Positions 28,775-42,335 of a stretch of DNA of 64,000 bases are shown piece after piece (position 1 is the stretch's first letter; every line of letters starts with the position of its first letter). This stretch comes from Spirochaetia bacterium. Lineage in GTDB: Bacteria > Spirochaetota > Spirochaetia > CAKZLE01. Where the stretch lies: assembly GCA_963677595.1 (NCBI GenBank), contig OY782041.1:2112001-2176000 (forward strand). The letters run 5' to 3'. The position numbers and the translations under genes are program-made. Below the pieces are notes generated by a model. The model was not told the origin of the DNA. It searched no databases and saw only the letters and a program-made list of their open reading frames with translations.

Positions 28775-29791
28775 ATGTTTAAATATATTCTGAAACGGCT
28801 TCTCCTGCTCATACCCACCCTGTTCGGGGTCATCACCCTGGTGTTCTTCATGATCGCCCTTGCACCGGGAGACCCGGCGAGGGTCATGCTCGGGGAACGG
28901 GCCAGTGCGGAGCAGATCGAACAGCTCCGTGCAGAACTCGGGCTCGACAAGCCCCTGATCCAGCAGTACGGACTCTACCTTTCGAGAGTAGCACGGCTGG
29001 ACCTGGGGAAATCCATCACCTCGGGGCAGAGGATCAAGGATGAGATCTCCGAGCGGTTCCCGGCAACGATCGAGCTGGCCATCTGGGCCATGATCTTCGC
29101 CTCGGTGGCGGGTATCATTGTCGGGGTCACCTCCGCGAGGAGGCGCAACTCCTGGGTTGATTACACCGCCATGGGGGGCTCCCTCGTGGGGGTCTCCATG
29201 CCCGTCTTCTGGCTCGGGCTCGTGCTCATCATGGTCTTCTCAGTCTGGCTTGACCTGCTACCCACCGGCGGCAGGATGAACGTCAGGTACTACTTCAAGC
29301 CGATCACCAACTTCTACGTCATCGACGGGGTCATCCTCTGGTTCCGGGAGGGTACGCCGCAGTACCTCGTCTCCGCGCTCCAGCACCTGATCCTGCCGAC
29401 GATCGCCCTCGGGACGATCCCCCTGGCGATCATCGCCCGTACGACCCGCAGCAGCATGCTCGAGGTCCTGCAGCAGGACTATGTCAAGACTGCCCGGTCC
29501 GCAGGTATAAAAGAACGCAGGGTCGTCTACCGGTATGCGCTGCGTAATGCCCTGCTCCCGGTCGTCACGATCATCGGGCTCCAGTTCGGGCTCCTGCTCT
29601 CAGGGGCGATCCTCACCGAGACCGTCTTCTCCTGGCCGGGCATCGGAAAGTGGATCTACGTGGCAATAGGAGCCAGGGATTATCCTGCCGTACAGGGCGG
29701 GATCATCTTCATCTCGACCTTCTTCGTGCTGATCAACCTGGCAGTGGATATCCTCTACTCGGTGATCAACCCGAAGATCAGGATGCAGTAG
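28775..29791 (+). CDS. dppB: Dipeptide ABC transporter permease
   Basis: APGDPA, RFPATIELA, QDYVKTARSAG and TETVFSWPGIG motifs. Confidence 0.92.
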   Translation: MFKYILKRLLLLIPTLFGVITLVFFMIALAPGDPARVMLGERASAEQIEQLRAELGLDKPLIQQYGLYLSRVARLDLGKSITSGQRIKDEISERFPATIELAIWAMIFASVAGIIVGVTSARRRNSWVDYTAMGGSLVGVSMPVFWLGLVLIMVFSVWLDLLPTGGRMNVRYYFKPITNFYVIDGVILWFREGTPQYLVSALQHLILPTIALGTIPLAIIARTTRSSMLEVLQQDYVKTARSAGIKERRVVYRYALRNALLPVVTIIGLQFGLLLSGAILTETVFSWPGIGKWIYVAIGARDYPAVQGGIIFISTFFVLINLAVDILYSVINPKIRMQ

Positions 29792-29802
29792 GGGAGGCTG
29801 AC

Positions 29803-30675
29803 ATGGAAGTAGAACGTATTGAGATCAAAGAACCTACCCCCTGGCAGGAGACCTGGTATAACCTGAAGAAGAACAAGGGGGCGATGACCGGACTTGCCAT
29901 CATCGTCTTCTTCATCCTCATTGCTCTATTCGCCCCGGTGATTGCACCGCACGATCCCCTGGAGCAGACGATCGAACTGCGGAAGAGCCCGCCGATGACC
30001 AACGGGTACATCCTCGGCTCGGATGACCTCGGGCGGGACATGCTCTCGCGCCTCATCTACGGAGCCCAGATTTCGATGACGATCGGCGTCGTCTCGGTCG
30101 GCATATCGCTGGTGCTCGGGCTGGTGATCGGGGTCATCTCCGCCTACTTCGGCGGCATGCTCGACAAGGTCATCATGCGCATCATCGACATCATGCTCGC
30201 CTTCCCCTACATCCTGCTGACGATCGTCATCGTGGCGATCCTCGGGCCCTCGCTCATCAACGCGATGGTGGCGATCGGCATCTCCCAGGTGCCGCGCTAC
30301 GCCCGTCTCGTACGTGCGTCGGTCCTGGCGGAGAAGGAGAATGACTACGTCCTGGCAGAGCGTGCACTCGGGGCGGGGGACATGGAACTGATGTTCCTGA
30401 CCATCCTCCCGAACTGCCTCTCCGCGACCATCGTCCAGTCCACCCTCGGGATCGGGGAGGCCATCCTGAGCTCTGCGGGGCTCTCCTTCCTCGGGCTCGG
30501 GGCGCAGCCGCCGACACCGGAATGGGGCCTGATGATCGCGAGTTCCAAGGAGTTCATCACCAATGCCTGGTGGATCGTGACCCTGCCCGGGCTGGCCATC
30601 CTGCTCGCGGTCCTTGGATTCAACCTGCTCGGTGACGGGCTGCGGGACATCCTGGACCCGAAGATGAGGAGCTGA
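29803..30675 (+). CDS. dppC: Dipeptide ABC transporter permease
   Basis: LGSDDLGRD, LSFLGLGAQPPTPEWG and GDGLRD motifs; RBS supports start 29803. Confidence 0.92.
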   Translation: MEVERIEIKEPTPWQETWYNLKKNKGAMTGLAIIVFFILIALFAPVIAPHDPLEQTIELRKSPPMTNGYILGSDDLGRDMLSRLIYGAQISMTIGVVSVGISLVLGLVIGVISAYFGGMLDKVIMRIIDIMLAFPYILLTIVIVAILGPSLINAMVAIGISQVPRYARLVRASVLAEKENDYVLAERALGAGDMELMFLTILPNCLSATIVQSTLGIGEAILSSAGLSFLGLGAQPPTPEWGLMIASSKEFITNAWWIVTLPGLAILLAVLGFNLLGDGLRDILDPKMRS

Positions 30676-30676
30676 C

Positions 30677-31684
30677 ATGAGTGAAGACAGACATACACCG
30701 GACGAGGTCCTGGTCTCGATAGAGCACCTCGATTTCAATTTCGACATCCAGCGCGGTATGGTGCAGGCAGTACGGGACCTTTCGCTCACCATCCGGAAGG
30801 GTGAGACGCTCACCCTCGTCGGGGAGTCCGGCTGCGGGAAGTCGGTGACCGCCCATGCGATCAACCAGCTGAACCCGATGCCGCCCGGCAAGGTCGCCGG
30901 CGGGAAGATCTTCTTCCGGGGCAGGGACCTTCTCTCCCTCCCGAAGAGCGAGATCGAGGCCTTGCGCGGTACCCAGATCTCGATGATCTTCCAGGAGCCG
31001 ATGACGGCCTTGAACCCGGTGTTTACCATCGGGTCCCAGATCGCCGATGTCTATATGACCCATCAGGGTATAAGTAAAAAAGAGGGGCTCGCCAAGGCCG
31101 TGGAACTGCTCGAGCTTGTGAAGATCCCCTCACCTGAGGAGCGTATCCACAGCTACCCGCACCAGCTCTCGGGCGGGATGCGGCAGCGTGCCATGATCGC
31201 CATGGCCCTTGCCTCACCTGAGCCGGGACTCATGATCGCCGACGAACCGACGACGGCCCTTGATGTGACCATCCAGGCCCAGATCCTCGACCTGCTCAAC
31301 GACCTCAAGGAGCGGATCGGCATGTCGATCCTCCTGATCACCCATGACATGGGGGTCGTATCAGAGATGGCAGACCGGGTCGTGGTCATGTATGCCGGGA
31401 GGAAGGTGGAGGAAGCCGATGTCTTCTCGATCTTCGAGGAGCCGAGGCACCCCTATACCCTGGGACTGCTCAACTCGCTTCCTTCCAACCCGAAATACCG
31501 GGGGGCTGCCCGGCTGGAAGCCATAGGCGGGACGGTCCCGGACCTGCTTACGATCGGGGAGGGGTGTCCCTTCGCGAACCGCTGCAGCAGGGTTACCGAA
31601 GAGTGTCTCAGCAGGTTCCCCGGAGAGAGTGTGATCAACGGGGACCATTCCGTATGGTGTCACCATTACAACGAGGGAGAATAG
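30677..31684 (+). CDS. dppD: Peptide ABC transporter ATPase
   Basis: [16 protein letters not shown] and DEPTTALD motifs; C-terminal Cys cluster. Confidence 0.92.
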   Translation: MSEDRHTPDEVLVSIEHLDFNFDIQRGMVQAVRDLSLTIRKGETLTLVGESGCGKSVTAHAINQLNPMPPGKVAGGKIFFRGRDLLSLPKSEIEALRGTQISMIFQEPMTALNPVFTIGSQIADVYMTHQGISKKEGLAKAVELLELVKIPSPEERIHSYPHQLSGGMRQRAMIAMALASPEPGLMIADEPTTALDVTIQAQILDLLNDLKERIGMSILLITHDMGVVSEMADRVVVMYAGRKVEEADVFSIFEEPRHPYTLGLLNSLPSNPKYRGAARLEAIGGTVPDLLTIGEGCPFANRCSRVTEECLSRFPGESVINGDHSVWCHHYNEGE

Positions 31685-31686
31685 GA

Positions 31687-32676
31687 GTGTTTGAAGCTAA
31701 TAAGAAGATAGTTGAGGCGACAGACCTCGTTAAGTACTTTACCGTCACCGCACAGGGCGCGAGTGAGCAGAAGCAGGTAGTGCGTGCCGTGGACGGGGTC
31801 TCGTTCGAGATCGACGAGGGGGAGATCCTCGGTGTCGTGGGTGAGTCCGGCTGCGGGAAATCGACCCTGGGAAAGACCGTCCTCCGTCTCCATGAGAAGA
31901 CTTCCGGGGATGTGCGCTACCGGGGCAGGGATCTCTTCGCCATGAAGGGGGCTGAGTTCAAGGAGATGAGCCGTTATATGCAGATGATCTTCCAGGACCC
32001 CTACTCCTCGCTGAACCCGAGGAAGAAGGTATCGCAGATCATCGGGCAGCCGCTGCGCATCCACTCGGTCGGCAGTGCTGCTGAGCAGAACGAACGGATC
32101 GATGCCCTCATGGATGAGGTCGGGCTGAACCCGAAGTTCAGGCGCCGATACCCCCACCAGTTCTCCGGGGGGCAGCGGCAGCGGATCGGGATCGCCCGGG
32201 CCCTTGCCCTCGACCCCGAGTTCATCGTCTGCGATGAGGCGGTATCGGCTCTCGACGTCTCGGTGCAGGCGCAGATCCTGAACCTCCTGCTCGAGCTCCA
32301 GGAGAAGCATGCCTTCACCTATATGTTCATCTCCCATGACCTCGCGGTCGTCGAGTTCATATCGACGCGGATCATGGTCATGTATCTCGGGAGGGTGGTA
32401 GAGATCGCGGCTAAGGAAGAGTTGGTACGTGACCACCTCCATCCCTATACGAAGGCTCTCTTCGAGGCATTCCCCTCCACGGACCCGAGGGCGAGGGTCG
32501 GGAAGAAGCGGGTAGTCATGGGCGATGTGCCGTCCCCGATCCATCCCCCTTCCGGCTGTCATTTCCATCCCCGGTGCCCCTATGCGACCGAACGCTGCAG
32601 AGAAGAGTACCCGCCGTTGAAAGAGGTCGCCCCAGGCCACAGCGTGGTCTGCTGGGAGTTCGGGTCACAGGTTTGA
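31687..32676 (+). CDS. dppF: Peptide ABC transporter ATPase
   Basis: [16 protein letters not shown] and CHFHPRCP motifs; GTG start just after the dppD stop. Confidence 0.9.
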   Translation: MFEANKKIVEATDLVKYFTVTAQGASEQKQVVRAVDGVSFEIDEGEILGVVGESGCGKSTLGKTVLRLHEKTSGDVRYRGRDLFAMKGAEFKEMSRYMQMIFQDPYSSLNPRKKVSQIIGQPLRIHSVGSAAEQNERIDALMDEVGLNPKFRRRYPHQFSGGQRQRIGIARALALDPEFIVCDEAVSALDVSVQAQILNLLLELQEKHAFTYMFISHDLAVVEFISTRIMVMYLGRVVEIAAKEELVRDHLHPYTKALFEAFPSTDPRARVGKKRVVMGDVPSPIHPPSGCHFHPRCPYATERCREEYPPLKEVAPGHSVVCWEFGSQV

Positions 32677-33588
32677 TGCCTTGAAGAAGGTCTGCCTGCT
32701 CCGTTTCTCGATGAAATTGGTGAAGAGGTAGGAGAAGAAGAAGAGCAGGAGGTAGGCTGCGAGCGGGAAGACGATCAGCCACCACTGCGTGGTGCCGACC
32801 TTCCCCATGTGCTGTCCGATGAGGCCTCCCCACTCCCTGGTGAACGATGAGAGCTCCGGGGGGTCGGTGGTCAGTCTCGTTCCCCCGATGAAGAGGGAGA
32901 AGATCCCCAGCTGCCCGATCAGCGTCAGGGTCGCGATGATCTCATGCATGAACAGGAGACAGGTATCCTCTGAGAGATGGGGAAGCAGGTGCCTGTGCAG
33001 GATCCACATCCTCCCGCCGCCGCTGCTTCTAGCTGCCTCGATATAGCTGGTCTTGAGTTGCTGTGAGATCTTTTCCCGGAAGACAGGTATTGTGGAGGGC
33101 AGCCCGAAGATGGAGAAGAGTCCTATCTGGATAGCGGTGATCACCGGTGGCGGGACTGCCGGGTTGATGATGAAACCGAACATGATGAAGTAGATAATGA
33201 CGAAGATCGGGAGTCCCTGGACAACTGAGAAGCTCTGCTTTCGATTCTTGCCGTCCAGTGCCTGCCCATAACCGATGAGGAAGCCCCCGACGACTCTGGT
33301 GAAGGCAGTGAGGAGCATAGTCAGGATGGTATATTTCGCGCCGTAGAGCATTGATGTGAGCAGGTCATAGCCGAAGATGTCAGTGCCCATGGGATGCCGT
33401 GCAGAGGGGGCGAGGGGTGAGAAGAGGATCAATCTTCCCTCATCGGTCATGATGTCGATTATGTTCTCCGATTCATCAAATTCAAAAGGGGCAAAGAACG
33501 GCCCGATATAGGCAATGGCCAAGAGGCTGATGAGAAAGACCGCTATGGCGGTATAGAGCTGGTTATGAGATGAGGCTTTCATGGGCAC
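32665..33588 (-). CDS. Divergent OppC-like ABC permease
   Basis: HPMGTDIFGYD, YIEAARSSG and EWGGLIG motifs. Confidence 0.8.
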   Translation of the reverse strand: MPMKASSHNQLYTAIAVFLISLLAIAYIGPFFAPFEFDESENIIDIMTDEGRLILFSPLAPSARHPMGTDIFGYDLLTSMLYGAKYTILTMLLTAFTRVVGGFLIGYGQALDGKNRKQSFSVVQGLPIFVIIYFIMFGFIINPAVPPPVITAIQIGLFSIFGLPSTIPVFREKISQQLKTSYIEAARSSGGGRMWILHRHLLPHLSEDTCLLFMHEIIATLTLIGQLGIFSLFIGGTRLTTDPPELSSFTREWGGLIGQHMGKVGTTQWWLIVFPLAAYLLLFFFSYLFTNFIEKRSRQTFFKASNL

Positions 33589-34486
33589 AGATCCTTCTGA
33601 GAAAGAAAATAAGCAATAAGCAGATGAGATAAGTCGCTGCCGAGATGGCGGCGATCAGGATGATCGCGGTCAGGGCGATCCTGAAATTGATGGAGTAGGC
33701 CGTGATCCCTCGGTAGGTACTGAACTCCATGTTGAACCCGAAATGGAAAAGCAGCCTGGTAAGGCCGGGAATGCTGAACATCCTCTCCACGATGAAGAGG
33801 CTCCCCGTTGTGATCGAGACCAGCTTGATGAGGTCACCCCGGAATCCGGAAAGGACTGCTGTCAGCATGTAACGGAAGATGATCACGGGCCTTGAGAGCC
33901 CCCTGGCCCGGGCGTAGAGAACATAGTCTTCGGTACCGATCTGCGTCATCTTCTGGGCGATAGTCCTGGAAACATATGACAGGGATATGATAACGAGGAT
34001 GATCAGGGGGAATCCCATTATCCCATCACGGATAGAATAGTTGATGTATCCGAGCCGTATTCCCAGGTTCTGGAAGGAGAGGACCATCAGCAGCTGCAGG
34101 ACCATGACCAGGATGAAATCCGGGACGGCGCTGAGCAGGGTGAGTCCGCCGAGGCCGAATTTCCGTTTGCGGGTTCCGAAGAAGACCCCGAGCAGGATGC
34201 CGAGCAGAAGGCTGATTACCGTCGCGATCATCAGGTGAAGAAATGATGCCCTGATGAAATCGGGGATGAACTCCATCATGTTCCTCGGGGTCTTCCCAAA
34301 CATGACCATGAGGAAGTCCTCCGAGCCGAGCTCGCTGAAAAAATCGGAGAGGACGGTGAGAGGTCCGTGCAGATTCAGCGCGTGGGCTCCCTCCTCAAAC
34401 ACGAAGAGGGCCGGAGCCGTGAGGATTGCAAGAAGGATGAACACTGACAGACTCAGTCTGAGCAGGAAACGAACAAGTTGTCTCAT
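33563..34486 (-). CDS. Divergent OppB-like ABC permease
   Basis: EDYVLYARARGL and IVERMFSIPGL motifs. Confidence 0.8.
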   Translation of the reverse strand: MRQLVRFLLRLSLSVFILLAILTAPALFVFEEGAHALNLHGPLTVLSDFFSELGSEDFLMVMFGKTPRNMMEFIPDFIRASFLHLMIATVISLLLGILLGVFFGTRKRKFGLGGLTLLSAVPDFILVMVLQLLMVLSFQNLGIRLGYINYSIRDGIMGFPLIILVIISLSYVSRTIAQKMTQIGTEDYVLYARARGLSRPVIIFRYMLTAVLSGFRGDLIKLVSITTGSLFIVERMFSIPGLTRLLFHFGFNMEFSTYRGITAYSINFRIALTAIILIAAISAATYLICLLLIFFLRRICAHESLIS

Positions 34487-34662
34487 ATAGGAACTATACA
34501 GGAGATTGCCGTGATTGGCAAACCTGATGGTTGTAAAGAGCAGTTCGATTCGATATACTTGTCATGCTGGAATTGATTGGGGTGAACCCTGGTTAGTGGG
34601 TATTCAGGTTCATGTCATATTATGATCCAACACATATACTAAAATCTATGGAGTGTTTCATT

Positions 34663-38193
<3,531 letters not shown>

Positions 38194-38255
38194 TTTCAAG
38201 AGATCATGTAATTGAGATGTAAGTCTCTTACATCTTGGTCAATGGTATAACAATC

Positions 38256-38287
38256 GCCCCTGTCCGGTCTCCGGGCAGGGGCTTTCT
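38256..38287 (+). terminator. Intrinsic terminator of the PFOR gene
   Basis: GCCCCTGTCCGG-TCT-CCGGGCAGGGGC followed by TTTCT. Confidence 0.75.
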
Positions 38288-38304
38288 CATTTATGTTCTG
38301 AGCC

Positions 38305-38340
38305 AAAAAAAGGCCCCGGACCCGTAGGTTACCGGAGCTC
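38305..38340 (-). terminator. Intrinsic terminator on the minus strand
   Basis: GAGCTCCGG-TAACCTACGGGT-CCGGGGCC followed by 7 T. Confidence 0.8.
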
Positions 38341-38452
38341 GATCCCTTATCTAAAGCATACTTGTGCTGCTGGTTGAAGTCAACGCTGGGAATTAGGTTG
38401 TAGTGACTACTCAGGTCCTCAGCTTCGTGAAGCCTGAGCAGGCCGGGTACAG

Positions 38453-39241
38453 CTATTCCCAGTTCTTCAGCATGCGGGCTACTGAACGGTTCATCTCCTG
38501 CATGAAGTCGCTGGTATGCTTACGGAAATAGTAGTAGTGGGCGAGGTCCGGGGTCCCCTCATCGAGTCTCCCCGTCTGCCGGTAGTACTCGTTGTGGGGA
38601 GCGAACATCTCCTGTAGCTCCTGGGCGTCCTTCCGTTTGTAGGTGTTCTCGTAAAAGATCTCCTCATGGCTGTGGCGCGGGGTGGGGGCGATACCGGTCT
38701 TCCATTCCCCCTTCGGGTAGCCGAAACAGATCATCGTGATCGGTAATACGAAATCCGGCAGGTCGAGCAGCTCCTGCACCTGTTCATAGTTCTCTAAGAT
38801 ATCACCGATGTAGCAGGACCCGATGTGGAGGGAGTCAGCCGCGGTCACGGCGCTCTGTGCGGCGATCAGCGCATCGCAGACGGAGAGCATGATGTCCCCC
38901 TGACCCAGGTCGCGGTGTGCGATCCCTTCGGCTTCTCCCTTCTGCACGGCACCTGATGATTGGAAGTAGTCCTCCCACTTCTGGTAGTCCGCCAGGAAGA
39001 GCCAGACCATCGGGGCCTTGGCGATCATCGGCTGGTCGTCGCAGAGGTCAGCAAGCCGGTCCTTGATACCCTGGTCGGTTATATCGAGGACGGAGTAGAG
39101 CATCATGTTGCCTGCCGTCGCGGCTCTCCTGGTCGCTTCCGAGATGATCCGCTTATGTCCAGGTTCGATCGGTCTCCCGTCGTAAGCCCGGAGTGATCTC
39201 CTCTCGAGCAGCAGCTGTATTGTCTCATTCGGGTAGTCCAC
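38453..39241 (-). CDS. NfrA/NfsA-like nitroreductase
   Basis: RRSLRAY, AATAGNMMLYS and IGSCYIG motifs. Confidence 0.88.
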   Translation of the reverse strand: MDYPNETIQLLLERRSLRAYDGRPIEPGHKRIISEATRRAATAGNMMLYSVLDITDQGIKDRLADLCDDQPMIAKAPMVWLFLADYQKWEDYFQSSGAVQKGEAEGIAHRDLGQGDIMLSVCDALIAAQSAVTAADSLHIGSCYIGDILENYEQVQELLDLPDFVLPITMICFGYPKGEWKTGIAPTPRHSHEEIFYENTYKRKDAQELQEMFAPHNEYYRQTGRLDEGTPDLAHYYYFRKHTSDFMQEMNRSVARMLKNWE

Positions 39242-39262
39242 GTCATTCTCCTTTTACCAAAT

Positions 39263-39286
39263 AAAAAGGCCTGCGTAACAGGCCTT
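39263..39286 (-). terminator. Terminator after rubredoxin
   Basis: AAGGCCTG-TTACG-CAGGCCTT followed by a T tract. Confidence 0.75.
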
Positions 39287-39307
39287 GTGAATTCATGATA
39301 CGATGAT

Positions 39308-39469
39308 CTACTCTACTTCAGAGAAATCATCCTTTGATGCTCCGCACAGCGGGCATACCCAGTCTTCAGGGAGGTCAGCGAATGCTGTTCCTGCATCGAC
39401 ACCGTTGTCTGGATCGCCGTCAGCCGGATCATAGATATAACCGCACAGATCACATACGTACTTCTTCAT
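39308..39469 (-). CDS. Rubredoxin (53 aa, absent from the ORF track)
   Basis: Manual translation: [53 protein letters not shown]. Confidence 0.96.
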   Translation of the reverse strand: MKKYVCDLCGYIYDPADGDPDNGVDAGTAFADLPEDWVCPLCGASKDDFSEVE

Positions 39470-39494
39470 TGTTCATACCCCTTATCGTATTGTA

Positions 39495-39986
39495 TTATTG
39501 TCGAGCACCAAGCTCTTTATCGATCATGAAGAGACCGCGTCCCTCTTCCCCGACCTGGCCGATCATCTGGATGATGCCTTCGACTGTTGACTCTTCCTCG
39601 ACCTGTTCGCTGACGAACCAGTCTAAGAATATCTCGGTCGGGGTGTCATCAAGCTCCCTGGCCTTCTTCACCAGTGCTATGATTGACTCTGAGATGTACT
39701 GCTCATGAGCCAGGGCGCCCTCGAAGGCAGCCTTGAGTGAGTCCCAGGTCCCCTGGGGCTTGTCAAGCTGGGCGAATTCCGGCTTGCCGCCACGGTCGAG
39801 GATGTAGTCGTAGATCTTCCTGGCATGGGAGAGTTCCTCCTCAGCCTGCTTGAAGAACCAGAAACCAGCCCCTCTCCTTCCCTTATAGGTAGCATCTGAT
39901 GACATTGCCATATAGAGGTACCAGGAGTACATCTCTTTCGCGAATTGCCCATTCAGTGCATCGATCATCTCTTGTGTAATCTTCAT
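39495..39986 (-). CDS. ftnA: Non-heme ferritin
   Basis: Ferroxidase residues in KEMYSWYLY, QAEEELSHA, HEQ and WFVSEQVEEE. Confidence 0.92.
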   Translation of the reverse strand: MKITQEMIDALNGQFAKEMYSWYLYMAMSSDATYKGRRGAGFWFFKQAEEELSHARKIYDYILDRGGKPEFAQLDKPQGTWDSLKAAFEGALAHEQYISESIIALVKKARELDDTPTEIFLDWFVSEQVEEESTVEGIIQMIGQVGEEGRGLFMIDKELGARQ

Positions 39987-39989
39987 CTT

Positions 39990-40376
39990 CTATCCTTTCC
40001 ATAAACCGTGAACGTTGCAGTGTTCACGGGCTGAGACATCGGTGATGTCAGTGTTCGCGCAGAAGTATGCCTCCGGTACATCCCCGGGTTTCAGGTACTT
40101 CCTGGATGAGACACCGCCGATCGTCAGTTCGATCCATTCGATGTAGTGCTCCTCGGTCATAGGATGGAGGGTCGAACCCACATAGACCCGGAAACCGTCC
40201 TCGAGTTTCTCGATGACCGGTACATGTTTCTCGGTAGCAGAGTCTGCAGTCTTCTCTTCAAGAAGATCCATCGGCTTCCCGCAGCAGACCAGCTCGCCGC
40301 CGCCTACTCGTACCATCTCCACCATATTCCCGCACAGAGAACATACATAGATTCCGTCTTTAACCGCTTTAGCCAT
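39990..40376 (-). CDS. dfx: Desulfoferrodoxin (2Fe superoxide reductase)
   Basis: CSLCGN...[19 protein letters not shown] and CNVHGLW motifs. Confidence 0.95.
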   Translation of the reverse strand: MAKAVKDGIYVCSLCGNMVEMVRVGGGELVCCGKPMDLLEEKTADSATEKHVPVIEKLEDGFRVYVGSTLHPMTEEHYIEWIELTIGGVSSRKYLKPGDVPEAYFCANTDITDVSAREHCNVHGLWKG

Positions 40377-40389
40377 TGATACCTCCCAA

Positions 40390-40406
40390 ATTGTAATGAT
40401 TACAAT
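40390..40406. promoter_or_regulatory. PerR/Fur-family-like operator overlapping the dfx -10 element and start site
   Basis: Palindrome ATTGTAAT-G-ATTACAAT; minus-strand promoter TGGATT-17-TATATT overlaps it. The PerR box is TTATAATnATTATAA. Confidence 0.75.
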
Positions 40407-40437
40407 ATACAGAAATCCTCAGGATTAATCCAGAGCA

Positions 40438-41013
40438 TTATACAACTTCGTGGAAAACTTCGAAGTAAGCCTGCGGATGGTCGCATGCAGGGCACTTCTT
40501 GGGTGCTTCAGCCCCTTCGTAGATATAGCCGCAGTTGAGGCATCTCCAGACGACCGGCTGTCCCTGCTTGAACGATGTACCGTTCTGGACCTTCCTCAGG
40601 AGGGTCTTGTACCGGTCCTCATGGCGCTTCTCAGCAACACAGACAGCCCGGTAGACTGCCGCGATCACTGGGAATCCCTCCTCGTCGGCGACCCTGGCGA
40701 ACTCGGGATAGAGCTCTGTCCACTCCTCATGCTCACCTGCGGCAGCCTCGGTGAGGTTGTCTGCTGTCGTGCCGATCATCCCTGCAGGGTAGGCAGCCGT
40801 GATCTCGAGAGGGCCTCCCTCTAGGAATTTGAAGAACCGTTTTGCATGCTCCTTCTCCTGGTCTGCTGTCTCTGCGAAGATCTGGGATATAAGGACATAC
40901 CCCTCCTTCTTTGCGACACTCGCGAAATAAGTATATCGATTCCTTGCTTGAGATTCTCCCGCAAATGATTTCAATAGATTCTTCTCTGTCTGTGTTCCTT
41001 TGATACTTTTCAC
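40438..41013 (-). CDS. rbr: Rubrerythrin
   Basis: FAGESQARNRY, EKEHA and WRCLNCGY...CPACDHP motifs. Confidence 0.96.
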   Translation of the reverse strand: MKSIKGTQTEKNLLKSFAGESQARNRYTYFASVAKKEGYVLISQIFAETADQEKEHAKRFFKFLEGGPLEITAAYPAGMIGTTADNLTEAAAGEHEEWTELYPEFARVADEEGFPVIAAVYRAVCVAEKRHEDRYKTLLRKVQNGTSFKQGQPVVWRCLNCGYIYEGAEAPKKCPACDHPQAYFEVFHEVV

Positions 41014-41091
41014 CGATTTAGCCCTCCATTGTTCGGAATGAGATAGATGTGTCTACCTGTCATGATAAATGATTGGCATCCAAAAAGCAAT

Positions 41092-42054
41092 TTATTCAGG
41101 GTAAATGTCCAATATTTCACGTAAATATGAGGTGAAATAGGTGCGATACCCCTCCGGCCCTAGAACCTCGATCGACTTTCCACACTGTACGAGCCGTAGT
41201 ACCAGTTCGATGGAGTTCTCCGCGTTCATCCTGCAGTAGAGCTTCCCGTCCTCCCCAGTGTAGGTCTCGAGCTTGTCATAATAGATCGAGGAGAAGGAGT
41301 TGAGCGCTGAACGCTCTTTCAGCCTGAGTTCCAGGGGCACCATGTCGATCCCGCTGTACCGCTCCCCGGTATCAGGCTTCCTGAAGGGCCTGAGGTTGTC
41401 AGGGATGGTGTAGGTCTCATCGAGGATCTCCGCCGAATTGATCGCGTGGATGTCGATGGTCTCGATCTCCGAGGTGTGCCGCAGGCGTCCGGTAACGCTG
41501 ATCGGGCGGCGTCCTGAGGAGCTGTCCCGGTACCCGATGAAGTAGGGGGCGAACTCGGTCTCCTGTTCCTCGCCTTCAGCGATGGTATGGCTGATCTTGA
41601 GCATCTTGCCCGAGACCCAGGAGTCGATGATGACCTCGAGGGTGTCGGTGAAGGAGGGGTGCGGCCTCTCAGAGGTCGTCTCGATCTGCTCGGCTACCGC
41701 GTCGATATTATTACTCACATGGGGTGCATAGGTCCGCATGTTCCCGGCGATCTTCCGCAGCCCCGAAGCCAAATGGGGCGTCTGCATCGGCTCATACTTC
41801 GCCAGCATCTCCGCTGAGAGGTTCAGTGCCAGCGACTCGTAGACGCTGAGCTTCATCACGTCAATCTCTTCCCGTGCCTGGATCTTGATGAGGTACTTGT
41901 CCTCATAGACATCCGTATGTTTCTTCAGTTCATCAATATATCGTCCGATGGTGGATCTGTGGACCCCCAGTCTCCTGGCAATCTCAGCCCGCCTCATCCC
42001 CTCGGGATGTGAGAGCAGCAGCAGTTCCAACTGCATCAATCGTTCACCTTTCAT
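41092..42054 (-). CDS. HTH plus degenerate WYL/WCX-domain transcriptional regulator
   Basis: N-terminal wHTH (EIARRLGVHRSTIGRYI), central PY-containing WYL-like segment and C-terminal GKSIEVLGP. Confidence 0.75.
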   Translation of the reverse strand: MKGERLMQLELLLLSHPEGMRRAEIARRLGVHRSTIGRYIDELKKHTDVYEDKYLIKIQAREEIDVMKLSVYESLALNLSAEMLAKYEPMQTPHLASGLRKIAGNMRTYAPHVSNNIDAVAEQIETTSERPHPSFTDTLEVIIDSWVSGKMLKISHTIAEGEEQETEFAPYFIGYRDSSSGRRPISVTGRLRHTSEIETIDIHAINSAEILDETYTIPDNLRPFRKPDTGERYSGIDMVPLELRLKERSALNSFSSIYYDKLETYTGEDGKLYCRMNAENSIELVLRLVQCGKSIEVLGPEGYRTYFTSYLREILDIYPE

Positions 42055-42335
42055 ACTATACTTATCCTATTCATGAGTTACCGGATTCCTGCAACATTCT
42101 GCATCATATACGGGAGATTATACCATAGAAACTGGAGTGTGGGGAAATTCACTTCAGGTACCGGCGTTCTTTTTGGGAGAGGAGGGGACTTATCGATAAA
42201 TACGGAGAGATTTGCCCTCTTTCACTTGAGCATTAGCTGATGATTGACTATCTTAGGAGGGTAAAGAAAAATAGTAACTAGCGGATGCCCGAAAGCCGGG
42301 ATCCGCGTCAATGACCGAATACAGGAGAAGACCAT

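Noticed and set aside
38215-38235. Palindrome AGATGTAAG-TCT-CTTACATCT after PFOR as an operator
   Set aside because: It lies in a 3' UTR before the terminator with no downstream gene to control; most simply an RNA hairpin.
38290-38450. SRP RNA or tRNA in the PFOR-nitroreductase gap
   Set aside because: No SRP domain IV motif and no cloverleaf or T-loop.
41073-41090. Sigma-54 promoter-like TTGGCATCCAAAAAGCAA
   Set aside because: It lacks TT before the -12 GC, points antisense into the WYL gene, and overlaps the sigma70 promoter of rbr.
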